Source: Planctomycetales bacterium (GTDB lineage Bacteria; 4484-113; JAFGCY01). Taken from it: a stretch of DNA of 32,000 bases. The notes under the pieces were generated by a model. It saw nothing but the letters and a program-made list of their open reading frames with translations. It was not told the DNA's origin and ran no database searches. The stretch lies in the NCBI GenBank assembly GCA_022646745.1, contig CP060262.1, positions 3,330,001-3,362,000 on the forward strand. The letters run 5' to 3'. Of this stretch, positions 25,658 to 32,000 are shown piece by piece (the stretch's first letter is position 1; every line of letters starts with the position of its first letter). Made by a program: the position numbers and the translations under genes.

Positions 25658-27507
25658 TGCGGCTCATCCGCCTAAGCCTGCTACTGCTGGCAATGCTGCT
25701 GGCAATGCTGCTGGCAAGCCTGCCCGTCCATGCGCAGGATCCCGCCACCCAGCAACCCAGCCCCAAAGAAGAGAATGAAGGTGCCCCCAGTGAGCGGGGC
25801 ACGCGACGCAATTCAGATCCGCACCTGCAGTACAAGGAAAACGTCGAGTTGCGGATCTCGCAGATCGAGCTGAGTGAGTTCCCCACAGTGCGGGCATTCA
25901 TCTCCGTAGCCGATGAAAGCGGCATTCCCGTGCGCACCCTGCAGGCTGAGGACTTCGTGATCACGGAGAACAACCAGTCTGTCGAGAATGTGCGTTTTGC
26001 CAACCGGGACGAGCTTGACCTGCCGCTTTCCATCATGTTCGTTGTCGACGTCAGCGGCAGCATGCTTGGCATCAATCCGCAGGAAGGTGTCCCGACTCCG
26101 CTGGACCTCGAAAAGGAAGCCATCCGCGAGTTCGTTTCCCAGCTCAGCCAGCGCGACCGCGTGGGACTCGTCACCTTCTCTGATGCAGCGTACTCCCCGG
26201 TACGCATGACCAGTGACCACCAGCAGCTGCTGGCGGAGCTGGACTATCTTGCCGCCTGGGGCCAGACAACGCTGTGGGACGGCCTGAAGGTCGGCATCGA
26301 GGACCTCAACGCGGACACCACCGAGGCCCGCAAGGCGCTGATCGTGCTGTCGGACGGTGTTGACACCAACAGCCTCGAAACCCTGCAGACCGTGATCCAG
26401 CTCTACGAAGCTGAGGCGATGAGCCAGAACAAGGGATTCTCGATCTACACGCTGGCGCTTGGCGACCAGGTCAATCGCTCCGCGCTGCAGCAGCTTGCCA
26501 AGCGCACCGGCGGCATGCACCTGGACAGCCCGACCGCTGACAAACTCAATGAGGTCTACCAGAGCATCCTCAACCAGATCCAGAATGAGTACCTGATCGA
26601 ATACACCTCTGTTGCTGCAGCTGAGCAGGGCAAGATCATGGACATCTCCGCCAGCCTGAATAATGTGCGCAGCACGATCCCCGGCGAGTACACCTATCGC
26701 AGCCCCGGCCTCGCCCAGGCGCTGGGACGCGCCCTGATCCCGGGACTGGTCGCCATCGCGCTGGTGCTGGTGCTGCTGGTTATTGCCACCATCTACAAGA
26801 TCAGCCGGAGAGTATGGCTGACCATGCAGATCACGGCGCTTGAGGGCAAGGATTATGTGATCGGCACGGACGGGATTGAGATCGGCACCAGCGAACTCTG
26901 CCAGCTTCGTGTTGCCAGTGACCCCGGCATGCTGCCGATGCATGCCAGCATCCGCGAGACCAGTGATGGCTACCTGCTGGAAGTCAGCGATCCCGATTCT
27001 CCGATCCTCTTCGGCGGCGCACTGCTGGCAAAGAAGCTCCTGCGCAGTGGCGACGCATTCATGCTTGGCACCACCAGTTTCGTGTTCAACGAAAAGGAGT
27101 TACGCGAGGGCGAAGGCCGGGTTGAGGAAGCCCGCTACTACCGGGAGGAACAGCTCGGGCAGATCACCGAGCAGGACATGCTGTCCGGCAAGCAATCAGC
27201 CCGTAGCGGCGGCAAACCATCAGCCATGCTGGGTTCAGGTGGTCCTTATGATGGACAGCGCTTCGAACTCGCTGAAGGTGAAAATGTTATTGGCCGCACT
27301 GAAGGCAGCATCGTCCTCGGACAGGATTCACAGGTCAGCCGCAGGCATTGCATGGTCACGCTGACGAAGGACACCGCCAGCATTGTGGACAATGGCAGCA
27401 GCAATGGCACCAGTGTCAATGGTCAGCGCCTGCAGCCAGGCATGTCGCAGCAGGTGAGCCGTGGCGACACACTGACCATCGGCAGCAGCCAGTATCGGCT
27501 AGAATAG
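25657..27507 (+). CDS. Secreted VWA domain - TM - tandem FHA domain protein
   Basis: Signal peptide ending VHAQD, MIDAS motif VVDVSGSM, VLSDGVDT, and TM LIPGLVAIALVLVLLVIATIY. A degenerate FHA (EGKDYVIGTDGIEIG...) is followed by a canonical FHA (IGRTEGSIVLGQDSQVSRRHC...NGSSNGTSVNGQRL). The start overlaps the upstream stop (TGATG). Confidence 0.85.
   Translation: MRLIRLSLLLLAMLLAMLLASLPVHAQDPATQQPSPKEENEGAPSERGTRRNSDPHLQYKENVELRISQIELSEFPTVRAFISVADESGIPVRTLQAEDFVITENNQSVENVRFANRDELDLPLSIMFVVDVSGSMLGINPQEGVPTPLDLEKEAIREFVSQLSQRDRVGLVTFSDAAYSPVRMTSDHQQLLAELDYLAAWGQTTLWDGLKVGIEDLNADTTEARKALIVLSDGVDTNSLETLQTVIQLYEAEAMSQNKGFSIYTLALGDQVNRSALQQLAKRTGGMHLDSPTADKLNEVYQSILNQIQNEYLIEYTSVAAAEQGKIMDISASLNNVRSTIPGEYTYRSPGLAQALGRALIPGLVAIALVLVLLVIATIYKISRRVWLTMQITALEGKDYVIGTDGIEIGTSELCQLRVASDPGMLPMHASIRETSDGYLLEVSDPDSPILFGGALLAKKLLRSGDAFMLGTTSFVFNEKELREGEGRVEEARYYREEQLGQITEQDMLSGKQSARSGGKPSAMLGSGGPYDGQRFELAEGENVIGRTEGSIVLGQDSQVSRRHCMVTLTKDTASIVDNGSSNGTSVNGQRLQPGMSQQVSRGDTLTIGSSQYRLE
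27500..27505 (+). promoter_or_regulatory. -10 box TAGAAT 6 nt upstream of GTG 27512
   Basis: TAGAAT-agcgcc-GTG read directly. It overlaps the stop codon of the upstream gene. Confidence 0.35.
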
Positions 27508-27511
27508 CGCC

Positions 27512-28114
27512 GTGATCATCATTGCCAGCCAGAATGAGGGCAAGGTGCGCGAAGTGGCTGCCCTGCCGGCGGCCAGCGGCCTGGACCTGAGCCCGATTTC
27601 CGCCTTTGGTGCCTGCCCGGATGTTGTCGAGGACGGCACCACCTGTGAGGAAAACGCCGTCATCAAGGCGGTCAAGTACAGCCTCTGGCTCAAGCGCGAA
27701 CATGGCGTCTCAGCCCCGGTGATTGCCGAGGACAGCGGGCTGATGGTCTTCTCCCTGATGGGCTGGCCCGGTGTGCACAGTGCTCGTATTGCCGAAACCG
27801 ACGTGGAACGCAACTGGATGGTTCTTGACAAGCTGTCCGGCAAGCGTGACCGCAGTGCCCAGTTCCTGGCCTACACTGCGCTCGCTGTCAACGGCGTGCT
27901 GGTGGATAGCTGGCGCGGCAGCGTGACCGGTGCGATTGCCGAGGAACCGCGTGGAAACAATGGCTTCGGCTACGACCCGATCTTCATTGACCTGCGCAGC
28001 GGCCGGACTTTTGCTGAGCTGAGCAAGCAGGAAAAGAATGAACTGAGCCACCGCAACCAGGCCTGGACACAGGCCTTTGACTACCTGAAACTGCACCAAT
28101 CCATCGTCAGATGA
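27512..28114 (+). CDS. rdgB: Non-canonical purine NTP pyrophosphatase (RdgB/HAM1 family)
   Basis: IIIASQNEGKVREV, AEDSGL, GFGYDPIF, ELSHRN. Confidence 0.9.
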   Translation: MIIIASQNEGKVREVAALPAASGLDLSPISAFGACPDVVEDGTTCEENAVIKAVKYSLWLKREHGVSAPVIAEDSGLMVFSLMGWPGVHSARIAETDVERNWMVLDKLSGKRDRSAQFLAYTALAVNGVLVDSWRGSVTGAIAEEPRGNNGFGYDPIFIDLRSGRTFAELSKQEKNELSHRNQAWTQAFDYLKLHQSIVR

Positions 28115-29429
28115 GGTTGCGGGCCTTGACCTGCAGGTACTGGTCCACCACGGCCCCATTGAGTTTTTCCGCAGCCACGTTGACGATCAGGCAACCGCGG
28201 CTGCGCAGCTCCTGGATTGACCTGCGCTTCTGCTCCAGCAGCACCTCGGCACTGGCCTTGATGAATGCATCATCCTGGTTGTGCGTGCGCTGTCTCGCCA
28301 TGCGCTCGATCTCCGGGTCGTCAAGGATCACGATCACCGGCAGGTGTGTGCGAGCGAGCCGGCTCAGGTTGGCAACCGCCCGCTTGCTGGACACGCTGTC
28401 AACGAGATCCGTGAACAGCACCACCAGCCCGCGCTTGCTGTGCCGGGAGCGCAGCATGGCCAGTACCCGTGCATAGTCACTCTCCACGAACTCGGCCTGC
28501 AGGTCGAACACGGACTCGATGATCGCATCAAGCTGTCGCGGCCGGCGCGCCGGTGGCACATAACGTCTGGTCTCGCTCGAGAATGCCATCAGGCCCACCC
28601 GGTCCTTCTGCGACAGGGCGAGGTAGGCCAGCTGCACAGCCGCATCAAGGTAACGGTCCAGCCGTGGCCGTCCGGCGATCTCCGTGTGCATCAGGCGGCC
28701 ACAGTCGATCAGCAGCATCAGGTCACGGCTCTGGTCCACCTGGAACTGGTTGACAACGGGCTTGCCGCGCCGAGCGGTGGCCTTCCAGTTCATGCTGCGG
28801 TACTCGTCATCCGGCGTGTAATCACGCAGGTGGTCGAAGTCAGTGCCACGGCCGTACTTGCGGCTATGGTGCTGGCCGATGCCCCACAGCTTACGGCGGT
28901 GCGCGAACAGGTCCCCGCCCTTCAGCTCCTCGATCAGCGGATAGACCCGCACCTTCTGCTGTGGCTCGATCCGCAGCTGGTTGACCCAGAGCTGCAGTCC
29001 GGCGAGGATCCGCAGGCCGATGCCACCGAGGTCCTGTTCGCCGCGGTCCAGGCAGCGCACCACCATGGGCAATTCACAGGTCTCACCCGCCGCCGCGCTG
29101 GCCCAGCCCGGGGCCACGCTCTTGCGGAACTGCGGGAAGCTGTCCTCGAACACGCGGAAGCGGATGGGCATCCGGCTGCCATTGCTCAGCAGGTGCACGC
29201 CGCTGCGCGGCAGCTCAACCGTCACAGTGCCGGGAAAGTCACGATCAATGCTGATCCGTCCCCGCAGCATGCTGCGTGTCGCCAGCAGGTCAACGATTGC
29301 CACCATAATCGCCAGCAGCCCGAGCATGCTGACGATCCCGAAGGCAGGTTGCCAGATGTACCCTGCCAGCGCGAGAGCGACCAGCACCAGGCCGGCCTGC
29401 CCCATCCGCGGCGAGGGGAAACTCAGCAA
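28107..29429 (-). CDS. DUF58 domain protein (VWA-like, two N-terminal TM helices)
   Basis: DFDHLRDYTPDDEYRSMNWKATARRGKPVVNQF is the DUF58 hallmark. TTG start 3 nt after the M20 stop; ATG 29405 is an alternative. Confidence 0.85.
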   Translation of the reverse strand: MLSFPSPRMGQAGLVLVALALAGYIWQPAFGIVSMLGLLAIMVAIVDLLATRSMLRGRISIDRDFPGTVTVELPRSGVHLLSNGSRMPIRFRVFEDSFPQFRKSVAPGWASAAAGETCELPMVVRCLDRGEQDLGGIGLRILAGLQLWVNQLRIEPQQKVRVYPLIEELKGGDLFAHRRKLWGIGQHHSRKYGRGTDFDHLRDYTPDDEYRSMNWKATARRGKPVVNQFQVDQSRDLMLLIDCGRLMHTEIAGRPRLDRYLDAAVQLAYLALSQKDRVGLMAFSSETRRYVPPARRPRQLDAIIESVFDLQAEFVESDYARVLAMLRSRHSKRGLVVLFTDLVDSVSSKRAVANLSRLARTHLPVIVILDDPEIERMARQRTHNQDDAFIKASAEVLLEQKRRSIQELRSRGCLIVNVAAEKLNGAVVDQYLQVKARNLI

Positions 29430-29432
29430 GGC

Positions 29433-30635
29433 CTAGTACTCGGCGAGCAGCCTCTTGGCCACGCGGTACATCAGCTCATTGCCGATGGCCATTGCATCCT
29501 CGTCAATGTTGAACTTCGGATGATGGTGCGGATAGATGCATTCCTTCTCGGTATTGGCGGCACCGACGAAGGCGAATGCGCCAGGCACCTCCGCGAGGAA
29601 ATCGCTGAAGTCCTCGGCACCCATCGTCTGCTGGTCATCCGTCACGTTTTCCGCACCGACGATCGCGATCGCCTCCTCACGCACCAGCTCCGCTACCCGT
29701 GCGTCGTTGACGGTGGCAACCTGTTCATGGGAGTAGTCAATGTCGGCATTGCAACCCAGCGAGTCTGCAATTCCGTTCACCACCTCGTGGATGCGACGCT
29801 TGAGTATCTGGTGCACATCACGCTCGAACACGCGCACGCTCATGGTGAGCTTGGCGAAAGGCGGGATGATGTTGTGTGCGGTGCCGGCATGGAACTCGCT
29901 GACCGTGATCACTGCACTCTTGAGCGGATCGATATTGCGCGACACGACACTCTGCAGCGCCGTGACAATCTGGGCTCCACAGTAGATCGGGTCATTGCCA
30001 CCATGCGGGAATGCAGCGTGCGTACCCTTGCCGTGGATCACGATGTGCACCGTGTCCACCGCCGCCATCACCGGTCCGGCGCTGATCTGGATCTTGCCCG
30101 TCGGGCAACCGGCCCAGATATGCTGGCCATAGCAGACCGTCACGTCCGGCCCTTTGAGCGCACTGTCAGCGATCATCTTCTGTGCGCCGTGGTGCCCTTC
30201 CTCGCCGGGCTGGTACAGCAGCTTGATCCTGCCGCGGCTGATGCCCTCTTCCTTCAGGCGGCGGCTGACAGCCAGCTGCATCGCGGTATGCGTATCGTGC
30301 CCGCAGGCATGCATCTTGCCCACGGTCTTTGATTCATATCCATGCGTGTTCTCTTCGGTGATCGGCAGCGCGTCGATGTCCGCGCGCAGCATCACCGTCG
30401 GTCCCTCGGCCCCGCTGTCTATCATGCTGATCACGCCGGTCTCGGCACAGCGTTTCGCTTCCAGGCCGTAACTCGTGAGTTGCTTCTCAATGTAGGTGGC
30501 CGTCTCATGTGTTTCCATCCCGACCTCGGGATGCTCATGCAGGTAACGGCGGTTGCTGACGACGTCCGGCTGGGCAGCGCGGGTGACCTCGTCAATGTTG
30601 ACTCCCGGTAACAGGGATTCCTTGATTGCAGACAT
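29433..30635 (-). CDS. M20-family amidohydrolase (N-acyl-amino-acid amidohydrolase / hippuricase type)
   Basis: RYLHEHPEVG, MHACGHDTH, YQPGEEG, about 400 aa. Confidence 0.88.
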   Translation of the reverse strand: MSAIKESLLPGVNIDEVTRAAQPDVVSNRRYLHEHPEVGMETHETATYIEKQLTSYGLEAKRCAETGVISMIDSGAEGPTVMLRADIDALPITEENTHGYESKTVGKMHACGHDTHTAMQLAVSRRLKEEGISRGRIKLLYQPGEEGHHGAQKMIADSALKGPDVTVCYGQHIWAGCPTGKIQISAGPVMAAVDTVHIVIHGKGTHAAFPHGGNDPIYCGAQIVTALQSVVSRNIDPLKSAVITVSEFHAGTAHNIIPPFAKLTMSVRVFERDVHQILKRRIHEVVNGIADSLGCNADIDYSHEQVATVNDARVAELVREEAIAIVGAENVTDDQQTMGAEDFSDFLAEVPGAFAFVGAANTEKECIYPHHHPKFNIDEDAMAIGNELMYRVAKRLLAEY

Positions 30636-30641
30636 GTATTG

Positions 30642-30647
30642 ATTCTA
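30642..30647 (-). promoter_or_regulatory. -10 box TAGAAT 6 nt upstream of ATG 30635 (leaderless-type)
   Basis: The minus strand reads TAGAAT-caatac-ATG. Confidence 0.4.
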
Positions 30648-30711
30648 GCGCTATCCGGCCCTCGTTACAGCGCACGGCCACCGTCCGGCCAGTTACTATA
30701 CGGATGTAAGC

Positions 30712-30717
30712 TATAGT
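30712..30717 (+). promoter_or_regulatory. -10 box TATAGT 8 nt upstream of GTG 30726
   Basis: TATAGT-acttagcc-GTG read directly. An in-frame TAG at 30714-30716 bounds the ORF. Confidence 0.3.
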
Positions 30718-30725
30718 ACTTAGCC

Positions 30726-32000
30726 GTGGCAAGGGCCAAGCTGGAAATCGGAGGCAAGGACGGACGTTCCGTGGTGTTCCGCGGCAACCGCAAGTACCTG
30801 CCGGCCATGATCCGCGCTGTGGTCAACAGCCATTTCAGTAACTGGAACACGCTTAAGGACATCTCCCAGTGGCCGGCGCTGCTCAGGGAACTGGCCGAGG
30901 TCAATGCCCACAAAACCTTTGAGGGCACTGACTGGCAGGCTCTCAACAGCTTCTACGACGAGGAGATGAAGCGCTTCTCCGTGCTCATCCACGGGGGCAT
31001 CGAAGCAGACCGTCCCTTCTTTGAGGTTCGCACCCTTGTAAAGGATTGCGCCCTGCGCATCCGCCAGCTGCGCACGGAGTACTGCAATGCCGAAGGACGG
31101 CTCCTTCACAACCACGACATCTGGCAGGTGGAGAAGCTGCTGCGTCGGCATGCAGCCAAGGTGAAGTTCTCGCCGGACTTCATCCCGGTGCTGAAGGTGT
31201 TTGCCACCGATGCCGTCAGCGTTGAACCATCACTGAGCTTCTTCCGCCAGATCCAGGTCTACCACAACCCGCAGTTCCTCAGGCCCGAACTGCTGGCAAT
31301 CATCGCCCCGCACATTGACCGCGTGCATACCGTAGCTGACCCTACCCAGCTGGAAGGGATGATTGATGCGCTGGACAAGGCGGGAGCAAAGCTGCGGGTC
31401 GATCCCGGCATAGCCGACATCATCCAGCACTACAACCGCCTGCGGCAGGTTGCCAGCGATTCCGAGTATGACCTGGCGGTTGCCAATGTGCTGAAGGACC
31501 GCCTCAAGGCAAGCCTGTACGGCTACCAGCGGGAGGGCGTCGGCTTCCTCGTGCACAACCGCCGCGCGCTGCTGGCTGATGACATGGGCCTCGGCAAGAC
31601 CCTGCAGGCGATGGCTGGTGCCCTCTACCTCAAGGATGTCGGTGATGTCAGGCGGGTGCTGATCGTCTGCCCGTCTTCGCTCAAGTACCAATGGCAGTCG
31701 GAGATCCGCAAGTTCACCGGTGAGCGTGTGCAGGTGATCGGCGGCAGCAAGCAGGAACGGATGGCGCTGTATGAAGCGGCCACCAGCGGCGGCGGCGGCC
31801 TGCTCGGCCTTGACGACACCCCCTTCTTCAGTGTGATTAACTATGAGCTGGTGCACCGCGACATCGAGCACCTGATGCAGCTCAACCCGCAGCTGCTGAT
31901 CCTCGATGAAGCGCAGCGCGTGAAGAACTTCCGTACCAAGACCGCCCAGGCCGTATTCTCCATCCCAGCAGCCAACGTGTTCGTGCTGACCGGCACGCCG
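30726..32000 (+). CDS. SNF2-family helicase, 5' portion (open to the window end), with an unassigned N-terminal region of about 260 aa
   Basis: Absent from the ORF track because there is no stop within the window. My manual translation of the frame starting at 30726 is uninterrupted for 425 codons. It gives LYGYQREGVGFL, motif I LADDMGLGKTLQ, VLIVCPSSLKYQW, motif II LILDEAQRVKN and motif III VLTGTP. The minus-strand ORFs 30720..31151 and 31230..31871 are its antisense shadows. The start codon is uncertain. Confidence 0.85.
   Translation, partial: MARAKLEIGGKDGRSVVFRGNRKYLPAMIRAVVNSHFSNWNTLKDISQWPALLRELAEVNAHKTFEGTDWQALNSFYDEEMKRFSVLIHGGIEADRPFFEVRTLVKDCALRIRQLRTEYCNAEGRLLHNHDIWQVEKLLRRHAAKVKFSPDFIPVLKVFATDAVSVEPSLSFFRQIQVYHNPQFLRPELLAIIAPHIDRVHTVADPTQLEGMIDALDKAGAKLRVDPGIADIIQHYNRLRQVASDSEYDLAVANVLKDRLKASLYGYQREGVGFLVHNRRALLADDMGLGKTLQAMAGALYLKDVGDVRRVLIVCPSSLKYQWQSEIRKFTGERVQVIGGSKQERMALYEAATSGGGGLLGLDDTPFFSVINYELVHRDIEHLMQLNPQLLILDEAQRVKNFRTKTAQAVFSIPAANVFVLTGTP

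Noticed and set aside
25684-25719. 12-bp tandem repeat ctgctggcaatg in about 2.8 copies.
   Set aside because: It lies in the hydrophobic core of the signal peptide (LLAMLLAMLLAS). It is most simply a small in-frame duplication of Leu/Ala codons and not a regulatory or CRISPR-like repeat.
28281-30332. 683-aa plus-strand ORF, the longest in the window.
   Set aside because: It runs antisense across two separate well-supported genes (DUF58 and M20) and their junction. It is His/Ala/Arg/Leu-rich with no motif, so it is a shadow frame.

Overview
This is a 32-kb stretch of a compact, high-GC bacterial chromosome (roughly 60% GC by eye, not computed) using the standard genetic code. All calls come from motif recognition on the ORF track plus manual reading; no searches were run.

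The main result is in positions 1-2644, a visibly lower-GC accessory cassette. It carries a stand-alone ComEC-type MBL-fold hydrolase gene translationally coupled (ATGA) to a 500-aa large serine recombinase. The pair is bracketed by 91-bp near-perfect inverted repeats (141-231 and 2551-2641, 90/91 identical). The right repeat holds the last 27 codons of the recombinase plus the last 9 nt (including CCA) of a minus-strand tRNA-Glu(CUC) at 2633-2708. The left repeat is followed, in the recombinase frame on the minus strand, by a silent, coding-like 41-codon extension. This geometry predicts inversion rather than excision, and I cannot match it to a described element type. The left limit of the foreign DNA may lie outside the window.

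The remainder is mostly housekeeping:
- glyA, an orphan ABC-2-type permease and an orphan HicB-like gene.
- A minus-strand division/cell-wall operon, murC-ddl-ftsQ-ftsA-ftsZ-yggS-sepF-rnj.
- A Cache-HAMP membrane protein, pyrimidine-nucleoside phosphorylase and isoaspartyl peptidase.
- A DUF4127 / FAD-oxidoreductase pair, then rpoD with a strong intrinsic terminator.
- A divergent P-loop kinase plus an unknown membrane protein, and a cyclase/formamidase.
- A 4TM-FHA plus VWA-TM-FHA-FHA pair, rdgB, DUF58 and an M20 amidohydrolase.
- A 3'-truncated SNF2 helicase that the ORF track misses because it runs off the window.

A recurrent sequence signal is a -10-like hexamer (TANNNT) 6-8 nt upstream of the start codon of many first-in-operon genes. 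This suggests leaderless mRNAs. Internal genes instead use 4-nt stop/start overlaps or strong Shine-Dalgarno sites. No CRISPR array, rRNA or transposase-type IS element was seen.
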